Source: Macrostomum lignano
Lineage: Eukaryota
Direction: 5' to 3'
Assembly (NCBI GenBank): GCA_002269645.1
Contig: NIVC01002790.1
Location: forward strand, 76,217 to 140,216
DNA length: 64,000 nt
Shown: positions 1 to 13,577 of the stretch, piece by piece
How the letters are laid out: the number at the start of each line of letters is the position of its first letter
Position numbering within the stretch: position 1 is the stretch's first letter
Position numbers and translations under genes: made by a program
The notes under the pieces: model-generated
What the model saw: the letters and a program-made list of their open reading frames with translations, nothing else
Told to the model about the DNA's origin: nothing
The model's database searches: none

Positions 1-1123
1 CAGGTAAAAGGGACACAGACAAGCAGGTAAAAGGGACACAGGCACACAGGTAAAAGGGACACAGACAAGCAGGTAAAAGGGACACAGGCACACAGGTAAA
101 AGGGACACAGACAAGCAGGTAAAAGGGACACAGACACGCAGGTAAAAGGGACAGGCACACAGGTAAAAGGGACACAGACAAGCAGGTAAAAGGGACACAG
201 GCACACAGGTAAAAGGGACACAGACAAGCAGGTAAAAGGGACACAGACACGCAGGTAAAAGGGACACAGACACGCAGGTAAAAGGGACACAGACACGCAG
301 GTAAAAGGGACACAGGCACACAGGTAAAAGGGACACAGACAAGCAGGTAAAAGGGACACAGACACGCAGGTAAAAGGGACACAGGCACACAGGTAAAAGG
401 GACACAGACAAGCAGGTAAAAGGGACACAGGCACACAGGTAAAAGGGACACAGACAAGCAGGTAAAAGGGACACAGGCACACAGGTAAAAGGGACACAGA
501 CAAGCAGGTAAAAGGGATACAGACACGCAGGTAAAAGGGACAGGCACACAGGTAAAAGGGACACAGACAAGCAGGTAAAAGGGACACAGGCACACAGGTA
601 AAAGGGACACAGACAAGCAGGTAAAAGGGACACAGACACGCAGGTAAAAGGGACACAGACACGCAGGTAAAAGGGACACAGACACGCAGGTAAAAGGGAC
701 ACAGGCACACAGGTAAAAGGGACACAGACACGCAGGTAAAAGGGACACAGGCACACAGGTAAAAGGGACACAGACAAGCAGGTAAAAGGGACACAGACAC
801 GCAGGTAAAAGGGACAGGCACACAGGTAAAAGGGACACAGACAAGCAGGTAAAAGGGACACAGGCACACAGGTAAAAGGGACACAGACAAGCAGGTAAAA
901 GGGACACAGACACGCAGGTAAAAGGGACACAGACACGCAGGTAAAAGGGACACAGACACGCAGGTAAAAGGGACACAGACACGCAGGTAAAAGGGACACA
1001 GGCACACAGGTAAAAGGGACACAGGCACACAGGTAAAAGGGACAGGCACACAGGTAAAAGGGACAGGCACACAGGTAAAAGGGACACAGACACACAGGTA
1101 AAAGGGACACAGGCACACAGGTA
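1..1123. repeat. 23-bp minisatellite (CAGGTAAAAGGGACACAGACAAG / ...GGCACA variants), truncated by window start
   Basis: About 49 tandem units read directly, with occasional 21-bp variants. Confidence 0.97.
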
Positions 1124-1504
1124 AATTAAGTTACCTGCAGAAAATATGGCATATTGCGTGATGGATTTTATAAAAGCCCATGGACTCAGGGCACTCAGGG
1201 CTACAGGGCAAATGTCAATCAAGCCTTGGTTCGTGACTAACGGACAACTGACACGTGTGGCCTAGGATTATAGGGTCAGAATTAAACAGAAAAGTGATTT
1301 TTCAATCTGACTTGTCAAAGATAATTCAAAGGCTGAGCGGAGTCCGCGCTCTTCGAATTTTATTTTTACGGCTTCTGCTAAAAGCATCAACTGGAGAAGA
1401 AAATTAAAGCCGTTGCTGCCTTTTCCTCCCAGGACTTGGGATCTGCATAACTCACTGCACAGTTGCCTCACTGCCCTATCTCTTAATAACTCCTCCTACA
1501 CGTC

Positions 1505-2765
1505 TCTACTTCTCCTGTGTGCCTCTCCCCTCCTGTCTGCCTCTCTCCTTACCTGTCTGCCTCTCTCCTTCTCTTTTGTGCCTCTCTCCTTCTCCTGTCT
1601 GCCTCTCTCCTTCTCCTGTCTGCCTCTCTCCTCCTGTCTGCCTCTCTCCTCCTGTCTGCCTCTCCCCTCCTGTCTGCCTCTCTCCTTACCTGTCTGCCTC
1701 TCTCCTTCTCTTTTGTGCCTCTCTCCTTCTCCTGTCTGCCTCTCTCCTTCTCCTGTGTGCCTCTCTCCTTCTCCTGTCTGCCTCTCTCCTCCTGTCTGCC
1801 TCTCTCCTCCTGTCTGCCTCTCTCCTCCCGTCTGCCTCTCTCCTCCCGTCTGCCTCTCTCCTTCTCTTTTGTGCCTCTCTCCTTCTCCTGTGTGCCTCTC
1901 TCCTTCTCCTGTCTGCCTCTCTCCTTCTCCTGTGTGCCTCTCTCCTTCTCCTGTCTGCCTCTCTCCTCCTGTCTGCCTCTCTCCTCCCGTCTGCCTCTCT
2001 CCTCCTGTGTGCCTCTCTCCTTCTCCTGTGTGCCTCTCTCCTTCTCCTGTCTGCCTCTCTCCTCCTGTCTGCCTCTCTCCTCCCGTCTGCCTCTCTCCTT
2101 CTCCTGTGTGCATCTCTCCTTCTCCTGTCTGCCTCTCTCCTCCTGTCTGCCTCTCTCCTCCCGTCTGCCTCTCTCCTCCCGTCTGCCTCTCTCCTTCTCC
2201 TGTGTGCCTCTCTCCTTCTCCTGTGTGCCTCTCTCCTCCTGTCTGCCTCTCTCCTCCCGTCTGCCTCTCTCCTCCCGTCTGCCTCTCTCCTCCCGTCTGC
2301 CTCTCTCCTTCTCCTGTGTGCCTCTCTCCTTCTCCTGTGTGCCTCTCTCCTCCTGTCTGCCTCTCTCCTCCCGTCTGCCTCTCTCCTCCCGTCTGCCTCT
2401 CTCCTCCCGTCTGCCTCTCTCCTTCTCCTGTGTGCCTCTCTCCTTCTCCTGTGTGCCTCTCTCCTCCTGTCTGCCTCTCTCCTCCCGTCTGCCTCTCTCC
2501 TCCCGTCTGCCTCTCTCCTTCTCCTGTGTGCATCTCTCCTCCTGTCTGCCTCTCTCCTTCTCCTGTGTGCCTCTCTCCTCCCGTCTGCCTCTCTCCTTCT
2601 CCTGTGTGCCTCTCTCCTTCTCCCGTCTGCCTCTCCCTTACCTGTCTGCCTCTCTCCTCCTGTCTGCCTCTCTCCTCCTGTCTGCCTCTCTCCTTACCTG
2701 TCTGCCTCTCTCCTTCTCTTTTCTGCCTCTCCTTCTCCTGTGTGCCTCTCTCCTCCTGTCTGTCT
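1505..2765. repeat. CT-rich minisatellite of 18/21-bp units (TGCCTCTCTCCTCCTGTC / TGCCTCTCTCCTTCTCCTGTG)
   Basis: Tandem units seen directly. They generate the low-complexity ORFs 1413-3200, 1496-2533, 1517-3040 and 1519-2922. Confidence 0.96.
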
Positions 2766-3424
2766 CCCTCCTATTTTTCTCTATTCCTCCCTTCCTCTTT
2801 CTACTTTTCATGCCTACTCTCCCCATCTACTTTCCCTTCTTTATCTCTATATACCTTCTTCCCTCTGTCCTGTCCTCGCTTCTCTGCCTCCACCTTCTTC
2901 CCTTTCTGCCTTTCTTCTCTAGTCGTCTCTCTTCTTCTGAAATGTCAGCCTTTCGCCTGTCCCAGCGTGAGTGTCCGATTGGCCAATCTGACAGGATTAA
3001 TTTCTGTTCTAAATATGCGCCTCTTGATCAAATCAGTTGAGCCGATCAATGGCATCAGCAAATGGCTGAAGATTACGTTCAAGGCTTCAAAGCACGACAT
3101 GGTATTAAGTGACTGCTTCTGCCAATCAGGAATTGCAAAACGTTTTTTGAAAGTGTCAAGAAATCTTAAGGCGTCGTTTAAATCCCAGTTAGCTAAATAA
3201 GGAATGCAAAATTGAGAAGCTACACTCAATGAAATGTGAAAACCTCCTGTAGCTAATCAATAGGGGAAAGGGGTAGTGGAGTAGCGGGTGGATAATGCGT
3301 CCGTTTTTAACAAACATGGAGTCGCCTCAGCACTGAGCTCACACCTACGCTTCTAAGCGTTGAGTATGAGTTTAATGTGAGAGTACGAGTACAGAAGGGG
3401 AGTAGAAGTAGAAGGCAAGCAGGA

Positions 3425-4056
3425 GAAAGGCAAGTAGAAGAGAGGCAGATGGGAGAAGGAGAGAGGCAGATGGAAGAAGGAGAGAGGCAGATGGGAGAAG
3501 GAGAGAGGCATGGGAGAAGGAGAGAGGCAGATGGGAGAAGGAGAGAGGCAGGTGGGAGAAGGAGAGAGGCAGATGGGAGAAGGAGAGAGGCAGATGGGAG
3601 AAGGAGAGAGGCAGATGGGAGAAGTAGAGAGGCAGATGGTAGAAGGAGAGAGGCAGATGGGAGAAGGAGAGAGGCAGATAGGAGGAGAGAGGAAGATGGG
3701 AGAATTAGAGAGGCAGATGGGAGAAGGAGAGATGCAGATGGGAGAAGGAGAGATGCAGATCGGAGAAGTAGAGAGGCAGATGGGAGAAGGAGAGATGCAG
3801 ATGGGAGAAGGAGAGAGGCAGATGGGAGAAGGAGAGAGGCAGATGGGAGAATTAGAGAGGCAGATGGGAGAAGGAGAGAAGCAGATGGGAGAAGGAGAGA
3901 TGCAGATCGGAGAAGTAGAGAGGCAGATGGGAGAAGGAGAGATGCAGATGGGAGAAGGAGAGAGGCAGATGGGAGAAGGAGAGAGGCAGATGGGAGAAGG
4001 AGAGAGGCAGATGGGAGAAGGAGAGAGGCAGATGGGAGAAGGAGAGAGGCAGATGA
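3425..4056. repeat. 21-bp GA-rich minisatellite (GATGGGAGAAGGAGAGAGGCA)
   Basis: About 29 units. The reverse complement (TGCCTCTCTCCTTCTCCCATC) is nearly identical to the 21-bp unit of the 1505-2765 array. Confidence 0.96.
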
Positions 4057-4072
4057 GAGAGTAGTCAGGGAG

Positions 4073-4231
<159 letters not shown>

Positions 4232-4809
4232 CATGGAGAATAGACAAACAGAGCGAGAGAAAGAGAGAGAGTAGAGGACAGGTCATGCTACAGTCTCACA
4301 GAATCAAATTAGCCAAATCCGGACGCAAGAGTGCGAAGAGCAGCTCTCGCAAGAGGGAAGGATTATCGATAATGTTACAGTAATCTTAGCGACAAACATT
4401 GCATAGCGGTTTCAGCGTAATCATATATATTTTATTTTTCGCAGTCGCTACGAGTATTTAACAACTGCTTGGCTTGCAGCTTCCTGGCTTCGTCATAATT
4501 GACGTAATTGAATTTATATAGTCTGACTCCAACAAGGATTTGGATCGGCTGGGCCGGCACCGCTGATGGAGCTGGGATGACAATTTCTTAATTAGTAAAA
4601 AACAAGATAATGAAATCAAGGACTTCTAGGGGTTGAGGATGACTTGAAATCAGAGTAGTGTAGCACAAGACCTCTATTTACCATACAAGTACTGGCTGTC
4701 CTTTGAAATCCACACATTAGTTTTACTTCGAAGTACGAGAGGTTAAGAGCGCATAGGTTGTTGCTTTGAAGTCATCTCTCTAACACTTAAGAGATCCCGT
4801 TTAGATCTA

Positions 4810-5875
4810 AAATAGATTTCATTGAAATATCACTGGATTTAATTGAAATCTCAGTAGATTTCATTCCAATCTCACTATACTTCATTCAAGTCTCACTATA
4901 TTTCATTCCAATATCAATAGATTTCACTGAAATCTTACTTGATTTAATTCAAATCTCACTAACTTTCATTCAAATCACACTAAATTTCATTCAAATCACA
5001 CTAGATTTCATTCAAATCTCACAAGATTTCATTCAAATCTCATTAGATTTCATTCAAATCACACTAAATTTCATTCAAATCTCACTAAATTTCATTTAAA
5101 TCTCAGTAGATTTCATTAAAATCTCACTAGATTTCATTAAAATATCACTAGATTTCATTAAATCTCACTAGATTTCATTAAAATATCACTAGATTTCATT
5201 CAATCACACTAAATTTCATTCAAATCTCACTAAATTTCATTTAAATCTCAGTAGATTTCATTAAAATCTCACTAGATTTCATTAAAATATCACTAGATTT
5301 CATTAAATCTCACTAGATTTCATTAAAATATCACTAGATTTCATTAAATCTCACTAGATTTCATTAAAATATCACTAGATTTCATTCAATCACACTAAAT
5401 TTCATTCAAATCTCACTAAATTTCATTTAAATCTCACTAGATTTCATTAAAATCTCACTAGATTTCATTAAAATATCACTAGATTTCATTAAATCTCACT
5501 AGATTTCATTAAAATATCACTAGATTTCATTCAATCACACTAGATTTCATTAAAATATCATTAGATTTCATTAAATCTCAGTAGATTTCATTAAAACTCA
5601 CTAGATTTCACTAAAATATCACTAGATTTTAATAAATCTCACTAGATTTCATTAAAATCTCACTATATTTCATTAAAATCTCAAAAGATTTCATTCAAAT
5701 CTCATTAGATTTCATTAAAATCTCACTAGATTTCACTAAAATATCACTAGATTTCATTAAATCTCACTAGATTTCATTAAAATCTCACTATATTTCATTC
5801 AAATCTCACAAGATTTCATTCAAATCTCATTAGATTTCATTCAAATCTCACTAGATTGCATTGAGATCTCATTAA
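4810..5875. repeat. AT-rich 20-21-bp minisatellite (ACTAGATTTCATTAAAATCTC)
   Basis: About 50 tandem units, decaying at both edges. Confidence 0.95.
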
Positions 5876-7239
5876 ATGTTTTGTATCTATTTTTGATTTG
5901 GTTAAGAATACTAAATATATATATTGAAAATTTAAGTAACTACATTGCAAAATAATTTTCAGTCTTTCGGCAGATCCTGCCTTTATACGAGCGTATAATT
6001 ATCGCTAACGAGATGCAGTTTTAATTAAAGCAATTTGAATGAATACGTTGGATTGCATTGGGTAATTTGGTAGAGTTGAAAGATGGAAGCGGTAAGCAGC
6101 GGGAAAATAGACATCAATAATAATAGAGAGCAGATCCCTTCTCCTCTCTCTCTACCTCTCTCCCTTCTCCACCTCAATCCATTCTCTTAGCATATTCCGG
6201 TAGACAATGTAGAGAGACAGCTAAATAGTAAGTAAAAAAGTTGCTTCGATACAGCAAGAAACCGTCGAGAAAGATGACGACAGTTTAAGTAAGCTGACGA
6301 GGGCAGCCTGAGAGTCGGGAAAAATTAAGGCCACAGAGAGACAGAGATAGAGATTTAGCGACAAGAGATACTGGCAGATTGGGAGATTGAGCAGAACTCC
6401 CAGAGGCTCAATAGGAATTAGATTGTAAACACAGCTAGACTGCAGACTAGAAAATTGCCCTCAAAGGGACTCCGCGGTTGGCCAACTCTCCCCAAGTCTG
6501 GAATTATGCCCTGTTTAATGTGTGTACTCAGGAAGCTGACCAACACGCGCTACAAGCATCAGTCTCCATCACTGCCCAGGACAAAAGGCTCTTACCCCAA
6601 TGCTAGGCGTGCAACAGGAGCCAGAAATCTGGCACAGCTAGCTGCGCATAGGCTCTTAGCTTAGCTTTCTCCCCTCCCCCACAGTCTGGGAATAAATCGG
6701 GGCGGGGCTGGAGGTCGGCTGTAAACACTGACTGGATTACCGCGCAGATTCCCCTTTTGTCGCGACCGCGTTCCACGAATGCCAGATGCCCGGCATGCAA
6801 GCAGCCTGTCCCTTCTCCTCTAACCCTTATTTTTTGTGGGTTTAGTTTAGCTTTAGGCGATGGCAAGTCCAGAGAGAGCGAGCCGGGGGGGGGGGGTGAA
6901 GGTCGAGTGTAGGGATCAGCGAGGGGAAGTGTTTGAGACGGCAGAGTGTGGCCAGGCAGTCTCTGTCCCGCCATATAGCGCCTCTCGGCAGCCAATCGCA
7001 CATAATAAACAATTCCAATTGATTGAACATCCGAGCACATCAAGTAGCGATATTGACTCTTTATAACAAGCTATATATAATATGAGCAGTGACTGAGACA
7101 GCTAGGCTTAAGCGAGGTTATGTTTACTTTATAGCTAATTATAGGTAATAGTGCAACTAAAAGAAAAAAGGTTCAAATGGCCTTGGGAACGGGTTAACCC
7201 CTCTTAATAACACCACGAGAGACCCCATATGCTACCCGG

Positions 7240-7725
7240 ATATTTTTTTACACGGATATCTACTACCCAGATGTCTGCCATCCGGATGTTTGCTACCCAG
7301 GTGTCTGCTATCCGGATGTTTGCTATCCGGATGTTAGCTAACCAGATGTTTGCCACCCAGATGTTTGCTACCCGGATATTTGCTACCCAGCTGTCTGCTA
7401 TCCGGATGTTTGCTATCCGGATGTTAGCTAACCAGATGTTTTCCACCCAGATGTTTGCTACCCGGATATTTGCTACCCAGATGTCTGCTATCCGGATGTT
7501 TGCTATCCGGATGTTAGCTAACCAGATGTTTTCCACCCAGATGTTTGCTACCCGGATATTTGCTACCCAGATGTCTGCTATCCGGATGCTTGCTACCCAG
7601 ATGTTTGCTACCCAGCTTTTTTGCTACCAGATGTTTGCGACTCAGGTGTTTGCTACCCGGATGTTTGCTACTAGATGTTTGCGACCCAGGTGTTTGCTAT
7701 CCGGATGCTTGCAACCCGGATGCTT
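7240..7725. repeat. 15-bp minisatellite (TGCTACCCAGATGTT) organised as a 90-bp higher-order repeat
   Basis: Blocks 7291-7380, 7381-7470 and 7471-7560 are near-identical 6-monomer units. Confidence 0.93.
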
Positions 7726-10192
7726 GTGGCTAGTAAGCTACCGTCTACCAAACATCATAAGCCCTAACACACGTACACGTATCACCTTTGAGCTTGAGTA
7801 AGCATAGCATCGTGACTCTTTAATCCCTGAGTTCGATTCCGCGACTGGACACACAAATTTGGTATTCGTGTACAGAGATTGACCTATAGGCCTAGTGTGC
7901 GGGCACTTTTTTATGCGTATACTTCGGTCCAACTAAAACAGCTTAAACTAAATGTCCAACGAGCTCACTACGAGTACATTGCCCTGAACTGACCCGCGGG
8001 TACTATACAAATTAAAGAAAGTATTGTATTAAATCATATTTAAGCTACAGAATTGATGACCGACACTACGCGTGAACAAATTGGATGATTTTCTTTTCAT
8101 TCATTCAATAACTCCGCATATGCTTGTAGATTTAAGCAATCTTGCTCTAGCATTCATTACTGCGCAGCACTGAGAAAGAAATCGAACGAGATTACAAGGA
8201 GAAACGGGTGAGCGGGAGGGAGTGAATCAAGGCAATTCCTATGGTTGTGCACTTCACGGAACCGCTGCAGAGCGTGTGTGTGTGTGGCTTGCGATGTTAA
8301 CTGGCAGGCTCTTTCCCTTGAGAGTGTTGTGAGAGATCGCGCGATGGGATCAGGTCGAGTCGGGATCAGCTAAGAGCGGTGGCCCACCATTGGATTAACA
8401 GAAACTCGCTGCTCCATGTCGGTTCGATAACTTTTGCATTGATTGTCGATTTTTTTCTCATTTTTTGCTACGACAACTCATCAATGCCTTGGAGGGACAA
8501 TAAGTTTTCTCCAAAGTCCAACCTGTGGATTTCCTAAAGTACTGCTCTGCATACCGTATAGGTAAAGCTCTTTTATACTTGAGTATCCAACACTGTACTG
8601 GTCACTCAAACAGTGGAGAGGAAGCTGCGCTAGAAGATTATTTAAAACCAGGGTGTCTTGAATTTAAGCGTCGCTGCGTTGTGTATTGAAGCTGGTGGAC
8701 TGACCACAATCGTCTCGAAGTGGAACAACTTTTGATTGCAGAAGCTCACAAAACCACACGAAAATTATGGAAGTATCTGCAGTGCTGCGGACAAGCAGTC
8801 GTTTTGTCCAAGCTAAGCTCCAATCTATCTATAAATCTTTTCATGGCAAGAGCAGAGCTTTAGTCCACAGTCCCCATGCAGATATTCATTAATTTGCTTG
8901 ACCCAAGCAGCACTAGAGTAGCAATCTAGCTTATATCCATTAACATATAGCCACATTCCGTAAGCCCTAGCCGAATACGCTGACACGCAACTGGATTAAA
9001 AATCGATAAATCGGCGTGACGCAGCAATCCGAGGCTCAGTTTTATCCCTTCACTCTCTATCTTCGTCTCTTTCTCTATCGGCCTGGCACACACACACACA
9101 GTAGTGCACAGCAGTGGCCATAGCTCTGGCACGCTCTCCACCAGAGAGACCGCGTTGCCTAAGTCTTTGGGGGAGGGGGGGGGGTTGGTTTGAAAATCGC
9201 GCAAAAAACGAACCATGCACCAGCCTAAGAGAGGCCGCAACTGCCTGCAGCAGCATGTCAAGGACGAAAACAATTCTTCTATATACTCGTAGCTATATAC
9301 ACATATTTCTATTAGACACCCCTCGCATTCGCCGATGGTTGCAGGGGAGTAGGGCGAAATGTTTTTTTGGCTTAATTCTTCATTTCTGTCTGCCCCAATC
9401 TTCTTTCTAGCTTAACCATAGATTGGCATACAGTACTGGCTGGTGCGGCGCTTCTGGTCTGCGAGGGGGGGGGGCATTTTTAGATAACCGGGGATTTAGA
9501 ATTGGGATTTTTATAAGAGGATTTACGTTTTTTTCTGCCCCCTCCTCCACAGTTAGCTAACGGGAAAAGGGAAAATGCAGCAAGGATAAAAGGAGAAAGA
9601 GAGATAAAAGGCGGTGTGCCGCGCTTTAATGGCACTTCCGTTAGCAATTTTCTTTGTATTCGTATCTAGTTTCTTTTGCCGATTTTTTATAAGCTGCTAC
9701 TCTCTGTTTATTTCTTCACTATAGTCAAATTTTTTGGCATTTTCCATCCAAGTTTTTTTTCCTTTTTATATTTCAATAAAGTCAATTTTGACTTAAAAAG
9801 GATCTTGATAATGATTTTCGCGTAACATGAGCCGAATATGAATACGCGGTTCTCATTCCTCGCGATGTTGACGCGAGCAAAAGAATCGAAAACTATTGTT
9901 GCTGGTTGGTCACTTTCAAAACATAGAAATCGTTTTAGTTTAACTGAAAAAACTATAGGAGCTTTCTAGGAATGATTTCGGAATTATCGACGACGTCACG
10001 ACAGCAGTGTTCTAAAAAAAAGTTAAAGTGGAATTCTAGGAAATTTTTGTCACAATTTCACTATATTGTTAAAACATTCAGCAAGCAATATGCGTCGAAA
10101 TATATTTTTAAAAAGACCACGAATAACTCTTGACGATTTAGCTTGAGTCTCGACCAGCCAACCAAATCCAGCAGCCACCATCACCTCCGCAG

Positions 10193-10542
10193 GAATCTTC
10201 CCGTTGCCATGGTACCTGCTATCCGAGTTCGCGCACGAATGGACCGTAATTCACCTCTGTGACAGTCCAGCCGCCGCTAACCTGCTCAGCCTAATGACCT
10301 CTACTTTGCCGACTATCTTCCACACCGTGTCAATCTGGCTCACCGTGATCCTAGCCATTCAACGCTGGATTTACATCACCTTTCCGATGTCTGTTCAACG
10401 ACTGTGTACAAACAGAATCTCGGTCGCGTCCGTGCTAATTCTCCTAGTCTTAGTGACGGCCTTCATGTGCGCCTGGTTCTACATAGATGGACCCTATCAT
10501 ATTGCTAGTCCGGCCCAAGGAACCGACGGACCGCAACTACTG
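10193..10542 (+). CDS. Class A (rhodopsin-like) neuropeptide GPCR, sex-peptide/MIP-receptor-like; 5' half of an interrupted exon (TM2 end to ECL2)
   Basis: Acceptor CAG at 10190-10192. Translation IFPLPWYLL...TIFHTVSIWLTVILAIQRWIYITFP resembles the SPR-family TM3 motif (T.SIWLT..LA.QRY). The frame continues at 13582 once the transposon is removed. The upstream TM1 exon was not located. Confidence 0.8.
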
Positions 10543-13500
10543 CACAGTGTATTTCTATGGTAAGATTTTTGAAAAAAAATGGCCAATCAAGATTTTTACT
10601 ATCATTAATAGATCACATTTTTCTAGAGAGGAAGCCACAATATTAAAAAAATCTGTCGAGCGGTTGCTGAGTAACTACTGTTTTTCTGTTTTTCATGCTG
10701 TTTCATGCTGTTTTCATTTTTTTGCTTTGATACAGGCTATAATAGGCAAATTGGTATCAAAAACGTTATTCAATGTTTTTCTTTCAACATTAATAAATTA
10801 TATTATTAGTATAAATTTAAAGAATGCTTGTACAATATAAAAACTTTCAGCTTGAAACGTAGTTGTACAATGTCAATATAAATTACACATTAGGAGTGAA
10901 AACAATGTCAAAGTCCACACTGACTACATGTCCTACACATGTCGGCTATTATAATGACGCACAGCCTGAAGCAAACGACTTCCAAAGCTGGGATTTTCTA
11001 CATCCTTGACCTTGAAGTTCGCCCATAGCTGCTGAAAGTCGTGGTGCACTGCTTCAGATGCCTGTTCACTCTAGGGACCAAGTCCTCGCTGTTGCATCAA
11101 ACAGAACTGTGGCACATGATGCAGCACTGTGTGAACTTTCGGTGTCACTGAGATCCCGAGGTCCATGAACGCCACTTGAAAATCAGCGATCGTCTGCTGG
11201 AAATTGGAGGCCAGTTCATTGCCAAAGCAGCTGGACACAACAAGCCTGAAGCAGCGCAGTGCAGCAACGTACGGCAAGCACTGTAGCGGGCACATCGATG
11301 CCAGAGCATCAACATTCTGCAGGAGCACTTTGCAGCTGTTGCCGGTAAAACTGCCTCCGTGAATTGCCTCCCTGGCGACGTGGCAGTGATGCAGCCATTT
11401 GTCACACTCTGGCCACACTGACTGCATACTACAGTAAATGGTATTTACTACTCCAGTTAGCAGGTGCAGTTCGGGCGGTGGTACAATTTCTAGGACCATT
11501 GTTGAGGCTGGGAAATTTTCTAGAAGACAGGGACGTACCACATTTCCAAAATTCTTGGCAGCTGCAAGCTTAGAGCCAGAAGCCTGGAAGTTTGCATGGC
11601 TGTCTTCGAGAAGCTTCAGTGTGCGATCTGTGCCCTTCTGCAATAGCTTATTCTTGTGGGCATCGCACCAGCAGCAGGGATGAGCAGCACTGTGAGCCAT
11701 AAGCCCAAGCAGCATGTTGCACAGCTTCAAGTCGCTAGCGATGGTAAATTTGCCTTGAAGACTGCTCAGTCCAGCTGCCCTCCACAGCAACTCCAGGTTC
11801 TGGTAATTTTCTTGAATGGCTGGTGCGATGGCTACAATAAGAATTCGTTTAACACCGGAGTGCTTTAGCCGACTGCTGCGAGAGTTGCTGCTACAGGCTG
11901 CCTGCGAAGGCTCAGTGGAGTCAACACACCAACTGGAATCAAACACAGACAGGCAGATCTTGAAGAACCCACCACCTCCATCAATGCCAACCTTAATCAT
12001 ACAGGTCGATGGGTTCAGTTGTCTTTCTTGAATAATTCGCTCGAGAAGCTGCTGAATGCGCACACAAATAACAGCTGGACGTGATGTTACTTCTGTCACA
12101 ACTCCTCGCTCCATGTTGACGAAGTCCAACTGTTGTAGTTCAAAAAAGCTGTCGAGCTGGTGGTGAATATCAGACAGCTTTTGTTGGAGGTACGACTCTA
12201 CAGCTGTTTTTGAACCCGACGCTGCTCTAATATGGTGAGCCAGCTTCAGCATAGAGCGCGTGCTGAGGCCCATATCCTGCTGAATGCTCACCATGCTGCT
12301 GACGCTCAGCTGCTGTGGTTGCTTCGGCGTACTCTGAGATGGTGGCTCCACTTCCATGTAAAAGCTTTCTGCATTATGTGCCCTTGTAGCAGGAGTACAG
12401 ACATGTGACTTGCCTCGATTTAGCTGCGAGAGGCACTTCACACAGAGCTTCATGCTGATTGGGCGTCGAGTTTTTGACACAGTGCTGGCAGTGGGCTCGC
12501 AACCAATCCTACTTTGACTGTCAGCGCTTGGCCTTCCTCGTGGTCGCCGATTAACTGCTGCTGGATGTCCAAAGTTTGCGGAGCTTTCTCTGGCAGCCTG
12601 ACACACAATACAGTTGCATCGAGTAGCTGCTCGGCTTCGTGTTTGAGGAGGCTGGGCTCCAATCTTAGAGTGGTCGAAGTTGGGCAGCGAGGACGAAAAG
12701 TTTCCTTTCTCGTACTCTAGCAGCGTTATCCTGCATTTTGTGCACAGAGCACTTGGTAGCCGATCGTCCTGCGTATCGTAGCCATGCATCTTGAACTCTG
12801 AGATGAGTGACTGCATGTGCTCATTTATCCGGCGCATTTCCTTGCCCTTATGCATGCAGATGAGGCAGACGATGAGACGAGCATCTTCGTGCGTTCTGGC
12901 ACTGCTGCTTTTACTCATAATGCCTGACACTGAGCGTGCTTGGTGTCGATTAAGAAAGGTGCTACACAACAAATCTGATATGTAATGAGACGCAGAGATT
13001 GTGCAATGAATATAAAAACTTCTCTAGTTAGATTAAAGTGAAATCAATCGATAAGAGTGACTTATATATATTCATTGATTGCTGAGCAGACGAGTTTTTA
13101 GCTCAGCAAACTTGTGTGCATTGCGCAATGTATAGCACTATTTAATTGAGTAATAGATGAGTGACTGCGTTCTTCAACTCCAAATCATGCACACACAGTC
13201 TCCCCTCAATAGAGAAGTAGTACAGTTAGTACAAAACCCATTTGTTACATTCAATCACACAATTGTACCCTGTATTTTTGGAACATTCATTTTGATTAGC
13301 ATATGAAATGTGTGTAAAAAACAGCCTATTTGTTGGCTAAACAAATGGACCTTAAGCTTATAAGTGATTTTCTGTTTGAACTAGAAAAACAAAAACAAAT
13401 AGCACGAAACAGCATAAAACAGCATTAAAAACAGAAAAACAGTAGTTTCTTAGCAACTGCTCGATGGATTTTTTAAAGTCTTGTAGCATTCTCTCTGGAC

Positions 13501-13577
13501 ATACATGATCTATTGATGATAGTAAAAATCTGGGGTGGCCATTTTTTCAAAAAATGTCACCATAGAAATACACTGTG
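10543..13577 (-). mobile_element. Chapaev-type (CMC superfamily) cut-and-paste DNA transposon, 3,035 bp
   Basis: TIRs: first 19 bp identical (CACAGTGTATTTCTATGGT), then imperfectly similar for about 170 bp (10543-~10712 vs ~13405-13577). 4-bp TSD ACTG at 10539-10542 and 13578-13581. Internal transposase ORF on the - strand. Confidence 0.9.
10933..12918 (-). pseudogene. Chapaev-like DDE transposase (661 aa if read through) with one premature TAG at 11071-11073
   Basis: N-terminal H-X7-C-X2-C...LP..LC..C Chapa/RAG1-N-like zinc domain. Core motifs KVGIDGGGG, ASDLKL...HPCCWC, PELH, TPKVHTVLHH and GLGP*SEQASEAVHHDF. The frame continues past the stop to a TAG at 10933-10935. ATG at 12918. Confidence 0.88.

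Noticed and set aside
7785-7850. tRNA-like fragment (GACTCTTTAATCCCTGAGTTCGATTCC)
   Set aside because: It has a B-box-like motif but no foldable cloverleaf or clear A box. At most a SINE-head remnant.
8926-9410. Overlapping 68-115-aa ORFs upstream of the GPCR as its missing first exon
   Set aside because: No TM1/TM2-like hydrophobic sequence or compatible donor was found.
10543-10585. Full RSS (heptamer-12/23-nonamer) at the transposon ends
   Set aside because: No ACAAAAACC nonamer at 12 or 23 bp, only a generic A-run, and the two ends are symmetric. No RAG2-like ORF is present.
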